A stretch of DNA of 64,000 bases from an uncultured Oscillospiraceae bacterium (lineage in GTDB: Bacteria; Bacillota; Clostridia; Oscillospirales; Ruminococcaceae): positions 2,558-66,557 of the forward strand of contig CAYJJX010000009.1 in assembly GCA_964370605.1 (NCBI GenBank), given 5' to 3'. A program made the translations under genes and the position numbers. Below, piece by piece: positions 48,674 to 56,166 of the stretch (the first letter of the stretch is position 1; every line of letters begins with the position of its first letter). A model generated the notes under the pieces. That model searched no databases and was not told where the DNA came from. It saw only the letters and a list, made by a program, of their open reading frames with translations.

Positions 48674-49729
48674 ATGTCCAAAATAAAGGTCGGAGTAATC
48701 GGTGTAGGTTCTATCTCACATGAGCATATTCAAGGATATCTCAGCAATGAAAAGGTGGAACTTTATGCCTTTTGCGACATAGACGAAACTACCTTGAAGG
48801 AGGCAGGCGAAAAATACTCTGTCACCCGTCTGTTCACCGATGTCGATGAAATGCTGAAACTAGCCGAAATTGACGCCGTCAGTGTCTGCGTATGGAACAG
48901 TGCACACGCTCCTTGCACCATCAAGGCGTTGGAGGCAGGCAAGCATGTGCTTTGCGAAAAACCGATGTCGATTTCAGAGGCGGATGCCATAAAAATGAAA
49001 GAGGCGGCAGACAGAAACAACCGCCTTTTGATGATCGGTTTTGTTCGTCGTCATGGCAACGACTGCAAGATCCTCAAAGAATTCATTGAAACCGATTATT
49101 TCGGCGAACTATATTATACAAAGGCGATCTATCTTCGCCGCAACGGCAACCCGGGCGGTTGGTTCGGCGACAAATCCCGAAGCGGCGGCGGACCATTGAT
49201 CGATCTTGGGGTGCATGTAATCGATCTTGTGTGGTATCTCCTTGACAAGCCAAAGCCGATATCGGTCTACGGTGCCACCTTCAAGAAACTTTTAAACCGC
49301 AACCATCTCAAAGATAAAGTAGGCTATCTTTCTAAAACTGCCGGTGAAGTAGTCTGTGATGTCGAGGACATCGCCACCGCCTTGATAAGATTCGATAACG
49401 GTGCCGTCCTCTCGGTAGAGGCGAGTTTCAGCCTGAACACAAAATCGGACAGTGGCTCTATCGAACTGTTTGGTACAAAGGGTGGTGCAAGACTGGCGCC
49501 TGAACTTGAAATGTATACCGAAGTTAATAATTATATGGCCGATGTGAACCTAAAGACCGAAACCGCTTTGAGTTTTGATGGACTGTTTCGAAACGAAATC
49601 AACCACTTTGTTGATTGTATTACCGAAAACACTCCCTGCATCGCCCCCGCCGAAGATGGCATCCTTATCATGAAGATTTTGGATGCAATCTATAAATCTG
49701 CACAAACCGGTCACGAAGTTACTCTGTAG
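48674..49729 (+). CDS. Gfo/Idh/MocA-family oxidoreductase (canonical)
   Basis: Start trimmed to ATG 48674 (MSKIKVGVIGVGSISHEH). Contains the CEKP motif. Confidence 0.85.
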   Translation: MSKIKVGVIGVGSISHEHIQGYLSNEKVELYAFCDIDETTLKEAGEKYSVTRLFTDVDEMLKLAEIDAVSVCVWNSAHAPCTIKALEAGKHVLCEKPMSISEADAIKMKEAADRNNRLLMIGFVRRHGNDCKILKEFIETDYFGELYYTKAIYLRRNGNPGGWFGDKSRSGGGPLIDLGVHVIDLVWYLLDKPKPISVYGATFKKLLNRNHLKDKVGYLSKTAGEVVCDVEDIATALIRFDNGAVLSVEASFSLNTKSDSGSIELFGTKGGARLAPELEMYTEVNNYMADVNLKTETALSFDGLFRNEINHFVDCITENTPCIAPAEDGILIMKILDAIYKSAQTGHEVTL

Positions 49730-49741
49730 CAATCATATAAT

Positions 49742-49785
49742 AAAAAAGCTAATGTGGAACTGATTCAGTCCGCATTAGCTTTTTA
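49742..49785. terminator. Bidirectional terminator between the oxidoreductase and URO-D-family genes
   Basis: AAAAGCTAATG...CATTAGCTTTT long hairpin with an A-run before it and a T-run after it. Confidence 0.75.
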
Positions 49786-49855
49786 TTGCAGTGCCGTAAA
49801 AGTCAAAATATCATCTTACCAATCTAACCGCTCAAGCGCCATCAAATCGGATCGA

Positions 49856-50899
49856 TCAGCTATTATATTGCATATAGCGTTCCATTGAATCCATGATATA
49901 AGCTATATTTTCGACCGGCACGCCCGGATATAGTCCATACACCATCATTAGGCCGCCCTTTTTGCTTCCTATTTTTGTGACAGCCTCCCTCACTAAATTG
50001 TCGATGTCTTTTTCGTTTCCGAAGACGGTGACATTTTGCCTATCCAAATCCAGTTCAACGCAGGTTTTTCCCCTGAATTTATCTGCTATCCAGTCTATTC
50101 CGTTGACCAGATCCTGAAGATTGATTACATCCACCCCCGAGTCAATTATATCATCGACCAAGGATCTGATGTCACCGTCAGAATGCATATGAATTTTGAT
50201 TCCCGCGTCTTTAGCCGGCTTGATCATTCTTGTATAGACCGGCTTGATGTATTTTCTAAAGTGCTCCGGAGAGAGCATCGGCCCAACCTGCATCCCAAGA
50301 TCCTCTGCATAGCTCATCACATCGACTTTAAGCGATATGTACTTTTCAATAATATAGGTATTGAAATCTTCAACCCCTTTTATAAGCTCCATCAGCAGTG
50401 GTTCTTCATCGACCATATCAAAAACAAGGTTTTCAAATCCTCTGATATCACATAGCTGCAAAAAGGTATGACCGTGTCTTAGGCCGCCAACATGCAACTC
50501 CTCTGGAGAGTTTTTTATGTTCTCCTCCACAACTTTCCAATCGATCGCCCCAATCCCCATGCATCGTTCAGGGTTTGGAAATTTGTAGTCTTTAAATTTA
50601 GCCCAATCATCCAAAGGATGCTTTACAACCGTGCCGGTGATTCCATCTTCAGAAGTTTTCCAAAGACAAGAAAAATCGTCAAGATACGGTTCATCTTTTT
50701 TTGCGCAATTTTCAAAAGTCGGCTTGAAACCTTTGCTCTTTTTAAAATTCGGGAACAATAATTTGTGTTTTTCCATTAGCTCAAAAAGATAATCATTGTC
50801 ATAATGGTTATAGCAAGCGCTGTTCACATGAAAGCGCGTTGGGATATAATCCGGAGTATCGAAATTGATAGTTCTTAAATAATTTTCTTTGTAAGTCAT
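49856..50899 (-). CDS. Uroporphyrinogen-decarboxylase (URO-D/MtaA-like) family protein, function unknown
   Basis: Start trimmed to ATG 50899 (MTYKENYLRTINFD), behind AAAGGAA, giving 347 aa. A URO-D-like TIM barrel by overall similarity; no corrinoid partner is nearby. Confidence 0.65.
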   Translation of the reverse strand: MTYKENYLRTINFDTPDYIPTRFHVNSACYNHYDNDYLFELMEKHKLLFPNFKKSKGFKPTFENCAKKDEPYLDDFSCLWKTSEDGITGTVVKHPLDDWAKFKDYKFPNPERCMGIGAIDWKVVEENIKNSPEELHVGGLRHGHTFLQLCDIRGFENLVFDMVDEEPLLMELIKGVEDFNTYIIEKYISLKVDVMSYAEDLGMQVGPMLSPEHFRKYIKPVYTRMIKPAKDAGIKIHMHSDGDIRSLVDDIIDSGVDVINLQDLVNGIDWIADKFRGKTCVELDLDRQNVTVFGNEKDIDNLVREAVTKIGSKKGGLMMVYGLYPGVPVENIAYIMDSMERYMQYNS

Positions 50900-50972
50900 G
50901 TTAGCAATTCCTTTATAATGAAAAATAATTTTTTTAGAGAAAATGAATTTCTCATGCATCGTGCCGACAGCC

Positions 50973-51001
50973 TTGACAAAATAAGTCTCAAATGGTAATA
51001 T
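50973..51001 (+). promoter_or_regulatory. Near-consensus promoter (TTGACA-17-TAATAT) firing into a region with no convincing ORF
   Basis: TTGACAaaataagtctcaaatggTAATAT. Confidence 0.6.
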
Positions 51002-51006
51002 TTAGC

Positions 51007-51295
51007 TACAAGATAGAATTTGGTGTGGCCAATGATAAAATAGTGATTTGAAAGAAGATGATAGCGAACCGGTGAGTGTGAGGCAAGCTTTGCCTTATCC
51101 TTGTGTTGTCATTGTGATTTTGGATTGCTTGTCTGCTAGACAGAACAATATTTGTCGCACTATTTTTAAACCGAAAAATGTAATGGCTTATCGCACTAAA
51201 AATATGTGTAAAAATTCAAGCTTCCCGATTTCGTTATGACATGCTCGCTATCGCAATGCAGCTAAACGAAAATCGGGGATTTTTATTTTACAGAA
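51007..51295 (+). ncRNA. Candidate ~290-nt non-coding transcript or attenuating leader (promoter to intrinsic terminator)
   Basis: Bounded by the 50973-51001 promoter and the 51224-51290 terminator. The only ORF here (51048-51239, TTG start) has no SD. I recognised no known RNA family. Confidence 0.4.
51224..51290 (+). terminator. Intrinsic terminator (large-loop hairpin plus T-run)
   Basis: CCCGATTTCGTT (51224-51235) pairs with AACGAAAATCGGG (51265-51277), with one bulge. It is followed by GATTTTTATTTT. Confidence 0.6.
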
Positions 51296-51317
51296 AAATG
51301 AATTGTCAAATCACAAA

Positions 51318-51381
51318 TTCTGTCTTTCGAGCCAAACTACGCTCGAATTTCACCGCAAAGCTGTGGTGAAAACGGACAGAA
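51318..51381 (+). promoter_or_regulatory. Compact three-way-junction RNA fold just upstream of the methyltransferase SD
   Basis: P1 is TTCTGTC (51318-24) / GACAGAA (51375-81). P2 is TTCGAGC (51326-32) / GCTCGAA (51341-47). P3 is CACCGCA (51351-57) / TGTGGTG (51362-68). Confidence 0.4.
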
Positions 51382-51407
51382 AATCAAGAAAGGAATGGAT
51401 ATTTAAT

Positions 51408-52076
51408 ATGGCGATAGAAAGAATGAACGAGTTCTTTGCGGCTCGTGTTGATGGATATGAAAATCAAATGCTTAACAATGTTGCAGGGTGCGCAGAAGCT
51501 TACATTAAGGTGGCGAGCCTTGTTCATGAGCTGTCGGATACAATGGGCTGTGAATTCAAGTTGCTGGATCTGGGCTGTGGAACAGGGCTGGAGCTCGATG
51601 AGATTTTCAAGCTGTTACCTGATATTTCTGTAACCGGCATAGATCTTACACAGGCTATGCTTGATAAACTCAAGCAAAAACACAGTGGCAAAAAACTGGA
51701 ACTGATTTGCGGTAGCTATTTCGACATCCCCCTCAAACCCAACAGTTTTGATATAGCAATATCATTCCAAACGATGCATCACTTTTCACATGAGAAAAAA
51801 GTAGGTCTATACAAAAACATTCACAAGGCGCTTACACCAAACGGAGTATACATTGAGTGCGATTACATGGTAGAAAGTCAAGCCGACGAAGACCGATTTT
51901 ATGCCGAAAATGCACGGCTTCGCAAAGAGCTGAACATAGCCGAGGGCGAGTTTTATCACTATGACACACCGTGCACCGTAAACAACCAGATATCGATGTT
52001 TGAAAGGGCGGGATTTGCAGACATGCAGAAAGTGTTCCGAATAGAAAATACAACTATTATTGTATCGAAAAAATAG
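51408..52076 (+). CDS. Class I SAM-dependent methyltransferase
   Basis: Start trimmed to ATG 51408 (MAIERMNEFFAARVDGYE), behind GAAAGGAA. Motif I is LLDLGCGTGLE. Confidence 0.8.
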   Translation: MAIERMNEFFAARVDGYENQMLNNVAGCAEAYIKVASLVHELSDTMGCEFKLLDLGCGTGLELDEIFKLLPDISVTGIDLTQAMLDKLKQKHSGKKLELICGSYFDIPLKPNSFDIAISFQTMHHFSHEKKVGLYKNIHKALTPNGVYIECDYMVESQADEDRFYAENARLRKELNIAEGEFYHYDTPCTVNNQISMFERAGFADMQKVFRIENTTIIVSKK

Positions 52077-52108
52077 GAACTCGAAGCAACTTATAACGTT
52101 TGTTGTGA

Positions 52109-52160
52109 CAGGCAAGGCAGACTTGATTTTCAGAATCATATCTGCCTTGCTGTTTTGTTG
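52109..52160 (+). terminator. Intrinsic terminator after the methyltransferase
   Basis: GCAAGGCAGA (52113-22) pairs with TCTGCCTTGC (52142-51), followed by TGTTTTGTT. Confidence 0.65.
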
Positions 52161-52204
52161 GTCATTTTGGTTCGAAGGTCCGCGACATTCCCCTCTTTTT
52201 CGAT

Positions 52205-54001
52205 TCAAATCGCATAGATACCTTCGTTTGCTCTATCCAAATCTTCTTCCATATCCTTGAATTGTGCGTCATATAGTTTTCTATAAAGACCAGCGCCGGC
52301 ATATAGTTTGTCGTGTGAGCCGAATTCTACAACTCCGTCCGGTGTCAGTACAATTATCTCGTCGGCATTTTTTATTGTAGACAATCTATGTGCTATCACC
52401 AGTGTGGTTCTGCCCTTTGACAACTCGTACAATGAATTTTGTATAAGTTGCTCTGTTTGATTGTCGAGTGCCGATGTTGCCTCGTCCAAAATCATAATCG
52501 GCGGGTTTTTCAAAAATGCTCGGGCGATACTCAACCTTTGTTTTTGTCCACCCGAAAGGCGCACTCCTTTTTCGCCGATATTGGTATCATAACCATCGGG
52601 GCAGCTCATGATAAATTCATGCACCTTCGCCTGCTTTGCAGCACTGATTACCGCCTCGTCCGTTGCTTCAATGTTTCCGTATTTTATGTTTTCTCTGATG
52701 GTTCCGGTAAATAAAAATATATCCTGTTGAACCATGCCTATTGTTTTTCTCAGGCTACTGAGCTTTATGTCTCGAATGTCGATTCCGTCAAGTGTGATAT
52801 ACCCCTCCAGACAATCATAGAATCTTGGAATCAGCTGGCAAAGTGTCGTCTTGCCTCCACCTGAAGGACCGACCACTGCAATTGTTTTGCCTGCACTGAC
52901 CTTGAGAGAAATGTTATTTAGAACCTCCTCTTCCTCTGTGTACTTAAAAGATACATTGTGAAATTCTATGTCGCCTTGAACATCTTCAAGTACTACTGCA
53001 CCCGCTTTATCTTTTATGTCAACATCGGTATCCATGATTTCCAAAAAGCGTCTAAATCCACTCATTCCCTGCTCAAACTGTTGGGTGAAATTTGTCAATT
53101 TTTGAATCGGCTGAAGCATAATATTGACATACAGAAGAAATATAACCAGATCAGAGAGCGCCATGCTCTGGTTCAGTATGCAAATCCCACCGACAACAAG
53201 CACTAATGCGTTGCAGAAATTTGTTAAAAAACCCATGCCGGATACAAACGTCGCCATCGCTTTGTACGATGTTTTTTTTGCGTCTTTAAAAAGACCGTTG
53301 CCTTGATTAAACTTTTCAATTTCATGCTCTTCGTTGGTAAAAGATTGTACTACCCTAATGCCGCTAACACTGTTCTCCACCTGAGCGTTCACATCGGCCA
53401 CTTTTACCCGAACATCTGAAAATGCCTTTCTCATCTTTTTGCGCCTTGTGATCGCAAACCAGGCTATGACCGGCAACATAATGAGAATACATAAGGTCAG
53501 TCTCCATTCTACGCCAAACAGAATAATTCCGGACCCTACAAACATCACTATTGCAATGAAAATATCCTCCGGACCATGATGTGCAAGTTCTGTTATATCA
53601 AAAAGATCGTTCAATATTTTTGACATAATCTGACCTGTACGGTTCTTATCATAGTATTTGAACGACAGCTTTTGAAGATGTGAAAATAAATCCTCCCGAA
53701 TGTCCGCCTCGATGCGAACACCCATGACGTGTCCCCAATAGTTGATGAAGTAGGTAAGTAACGATATGGTCAAGTATATCGCAAGCAGAGTCACCGCAAG
53801 CAAAATCAGTTCGTTCAGATTTCCTTGTGGTATCGTTATGTCCATTATCCTTTTTGTTATGAGCGGAAACAGCAGGGTAAGACCTGCCGAGGCAACCGCG
53901 CAGGCCATGTCACAGAAAAATATTTTTCTGTGTGGTTTGTAGTAGGATATAAAGCGTTTGATTGTGTCTTTTTCTACCTTCGTCTTGATGTTTTCTCTCA
54001 T
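52205..54001 (-). CDS. ABC exporter, fused permease-ATPase (MsbA/multidrug type)
   Basis: 6-TM domain plus an NBD with GPSGGGKTT, LSGGQKQR and ILDEATSALD. Start set at ATG 54001 (MRENIKTK); an upstream alternative is 54061. Confidence 0.85.
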   Translation of the reverse strand: MRENIKTKVEKDTIKRFISYYKPHRKIFFCDMACAVASAGLTLLFPLITKRIMDITIPQGNLNELILLAVTLLAIYLTISLLTYFINYWGHVMGVRIEADIREDLFSHLQKLSFKYYDKNRTGQIMSKILNDLFDITELAHHGPEDIFIAIVMFVGSGIILFGVEWRLTLCILIMLPVIAWFAITRRKKMRKAFSDVRVKVADVNAQVENSVSGIRVVQSFTNEEHEIEKFNQGNGLFKDAKKTSYKAMATFVSGMGFLTNFCNALVLVVGGICILNQSMALSDLVIFLLYVNIMLQPIQKLTNFTQQFEQGMSGFRRFLEIMDTDVDIKDKAGAVVLEDVQGDIEFHNVSFKYTEEEEVLNNISLKVSAGKTIAVVGPSGGGKTTLCQLIPRFYDCLEGYITLDGIDIRDIKLSSLRKTIGMVQQDIFLFTGTIRENIKYGNIEATDEAVISAAKQAKVHEFIMSCPDGYDTNIGEKGVRLSGGQKQRLSIARAFLKNPPIMILDEATSALDNQTEQLIQNSLYELSKGRTTLVIAHRLSTIKNADEIIVLTPDGVVEFGSHDKLYAGAGLYRKLYDAQFKDMEEDLDRANEGIYAI

Positions 54002-54102
54002 GTTCACCCACTTTTGTCCAAAAATCTTACTTTTGAAGTGCCGAAAGGAGCTCCCTCTCAAAGGTCGTCAAACTTTTTCGATGCCTTGTTTCGTTCTATT
54101 AT

Positions 54103-55437
54103 TTAGTAATGATACATCTTGCGGTGTTTTTTGAGCATACCAAGTGCAACAAACACCGTTAAAAACTCTGCGACAGGAATCGCCATCCAAACACCTACGT
54201 CTTGCAGCAGCCGAGGCATGATCAAAAGCATTCCCAAGATAAATACAAATGCTCTGAGGAAAGAGACCAGTGCCGAAATTTTCCCGTTTGAAACCGATGT
54301 AAAAAATATCGAAGAAAAAACATTGAAACCGGCAAAGAAGTATCCTAACGAAAATATTGTGAACCCTTTTCTTCCCAGTTCAAATGCAGTGCTGGCGGGG
54401 TCAATGAACATTCCGACGATCTGATTTCTAAAAACCATGCACCCGATCACCAGTATCACCGAAGATATTACTACAAATTTTACCGATATACCGAAAACTC
54501 CTTTTGTTTGCTTTCGATCGCCTGCACCTTGAGCATAGGCAAAAATCGGTGCTACTCCCGCGCCGTAGCCAATATACATTGAACTCAGCAAAAATTGCAC
54601 TTGCACAATCACACTTACTACCGCAATTCCATCCTCTCCGGCAAGACGTACCATGATCAAGTTCATTACCGCGGTAATAATCGCAATAGCAATATTATTG
54701 ACCATTTCGGATGAACCATTTGTGCAGGTCTTTAGTATAAACCCTTTGTGCAACTTAGGCTTCACAAAATGCAACACACAATTCTTCTTGAAGAAAAAAT
54801 AAAACAAATAGATAGCGCCCGGTATTCCGTTTGCGACGCCGATTCCGACCGCCGCACCCATAATCCCCATTTCGAAAACCACTATCAACAGATAGTTCAC
54901 GAGTATACAAGACAGTCCCCCTACAACGACTATACCCATCCCAAATCCCGGCCTGCCGATTGTCACAAAAAAGAACTGCGCAAAGATCTGCCAAAATAGA
55001 AGCGGATATGTTAGCGCATAAATGTTGCCATATGTCGTTGCGTATTCATTCAATGCCAGGGTAGAACCCAGAAAACCTAAGATGTTGTCGTTAAACAAAT
55101 ACCATGCCACCGTGAAAAGAAATGCCACTATCGTGCCCATGATCGTCAGCACAGTAAAATTTTCTTGCGCCTTCTTTAGCTTGTTTTCTCCCAGATTCTT
55201 GGCTATTATCGCATTTGCACCCGTTGCAAACATGATCGCAACGGCTAACACCAATGAAGTGAAAGGAAAGACAACGTTTATCGCTGACATTGCGTCTTCG
55301 CCTACATAATTTGATGCGAAAATACTGCCAACCATCGAATAAATTGAAACAAAAATCATCATGATTATGCTGGGAAGCGCAAACAACATAAGCGACTTTG
55401 TGTTAAATCTTTTTGATAAAATACTTTCACTATTCAT
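54103..55437 (-). CDS. MATE-family efflux transporter
   Basis: 12-TM MATE architecture. Start set at ATG 55437 (MNSESILSKRF), behind AAAGGGAAG; an alternative is ATG 55461. Confidence 0.85.
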   Translation of the reverse strand: MNSESILSKRFNTKSLMLFALPSIIMMIFVSIYSMVGSIFASNYVGEDAMSAINVVFPFTSLVLAVAIMFATGANAIIAKNLGENKLKKAQENFTVLTIMGTIVAFLFTVAWYLFNDNILGFLGSTLALNEYATTYGNIYALTYPLLFWQIFAQFFFVTIGRPGFGMGIVVVGGLSCILVNYLLIVVFEMGIMGAAVGIGVANGIPGAIYLFYFFFKKNCVLHFVKPKLHKGFILKTCTNGSSEMVNNIAIAIITAVMNLIMVRLAGEDGIAVVSVIVQVQFLLSSMYIGYGAGVAPIFAYAQGAGDRKQTKGVFGISVKFVVISSVILVIGCMVFRNQIVGMFIDPASTAFELGRKGFTIFSLGYFFAGFNVFSSIFFTSVSNGKISALVSFLRAFVFILGMLLIMPRLLQDVGVWMAIPVAEFLTVFVALGMLKKHRKMYHY

Positions 55438-55480
55438 GTTAGTCGTTTCTTCCCTTTTCATATTCTTGCAAGCAACTCGC

Positions 55481-55543
55481 TCATCTTTTGAAGAGCACTC
55501 GAACCCGCAACCTTTTATGTCGCACCGATATTTGACGCGGCAT
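55481..55543 (-). CDS. Candidate 20-aa leader peptide in the MATE-ABC operon 5' UTR
   Basis: MPRQISVRHKRLRVRVLFKR, with GAGGTG 3 nt before the ATG. Its 3' half forms the descending arm of a long leader hairpin. Confidence 0.25.
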   Translation of the reverse strand: MPRQISVRHKRLRVRVLFKR

Positions 55544-55580
55544 GCTCACCTCGGTTGCAGCTGAGAGTGCTGTAATATAT

Positions 55581-55609
55581 ATAATAACTTGTGCAAAATA
55601 GACTGTCAA
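55581..55609 (-). promoter_or_regulatory. Promoter for the MATE-ABC operon (TTGACA-17-TATTAT)
   Basis: Minus strand reads TTGACAgtctattttgcacaagtTATTAT. Confidence 0.55.
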
Positions 55610-55651
55610 GAATTATTTTAACCTCACAAACGGCATCATAGGTCAAGCAAG

Positions 55652-55680
55652 TTGACAAACGAATATAGTTGCGTTATAAT
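55652..55680 (+). promoter_or_regulatory. Consensus promoter for marR-MATE (TTGACA-17-TATAAT)
   Basis: TTGACAaacgaatatagttgcgtTATAAT. Confidence 0.65.
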
Positions 55681-55702
55681 AACTATTATGACGCAACTAT
55701 AT
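55663..55702. promoter_or_regulatory. Perfect 12-bp inverted repeat bracketing the -10 box (probable MarR operator)
   Basis: ATATAGTTGCGT (55663-74), a 16-nt spacer, then ACGCAACTATAT (55691-702). Confidence 0.6.
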
Positions 55703-55713
55703 GAGGTGAAGAT

Positions 55714-56166
55714 ATGTATACCGAATTGATAAAAGCTGTTACAAAATTTTATCACGATTTATCTATTTCTGAGTTGAAACTGCAACATCGTTTACAGGAC
55801 AATTCAAAACTCACCTACAACGATATACTTTATCTTGATATAATCTTAGCTCACTCCGGTGAATATACATCAACACAAATCGCCGACATGCTACAAGTTT
55901 CAAGGCCATCAGTAACCAAAAAGATCAAAGGGCTTGTCAAGAAAGGTTATGTCACACGAAAACAAAGCGACAACGACAAGCGAGTCCATTATCTATATAT
56001 AAATGAAAGCGTATATTTTGAATATTCCGGTGAAAAACTCGGAAATGAAATAATCAAAAAAATAGACGGCAAATATTCAAACGACGACATTCATAATCTA
56101 TGTGAATTGCTGAATTTGATAAGCGAAGTGGTAGCGGAGGATAAAGTCGGTGAAGGCATCAAATAA
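55714..56166 (+). CDS. MarR-family transcriptional regulator
   Basis: 150 aa with a winged HTH: YTSTQIADMLQVSRPSVTKKIKGLVKKGYVTRKQSDNDKR. Confidence 0.85.
   Translation: MYTELIKAVTKFYHDLSISELKLQHRLQDNSKLTYNDILYLDIILAHSGEYTSTQIADMLQVSRPSVTKKIKGLVKKGYVTRKQSDNDKRVHYLYINESVYFEYSGEKLGNEIIKKIDGKYSNDDIHNLCELLNLISEVVAEDKVGEGIK

Noticed and set aside
51048-51239. 63-aa Cys-containing ORF that might be a RiPP precursor or toxin, lying next to a methyltransferase and ABC/MATE exporters.
   Set aside because: It has a TTG start and no SD, and it has no leader/core organisation or hydrophobic helix. The ABC exporter lacks a C39 peptidase domain and is in a separate, opposite-strand operon. No modifying enzyme (radical SAM, YcaO, LanM) is present. 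I kept the region as a candidate RNA instead.
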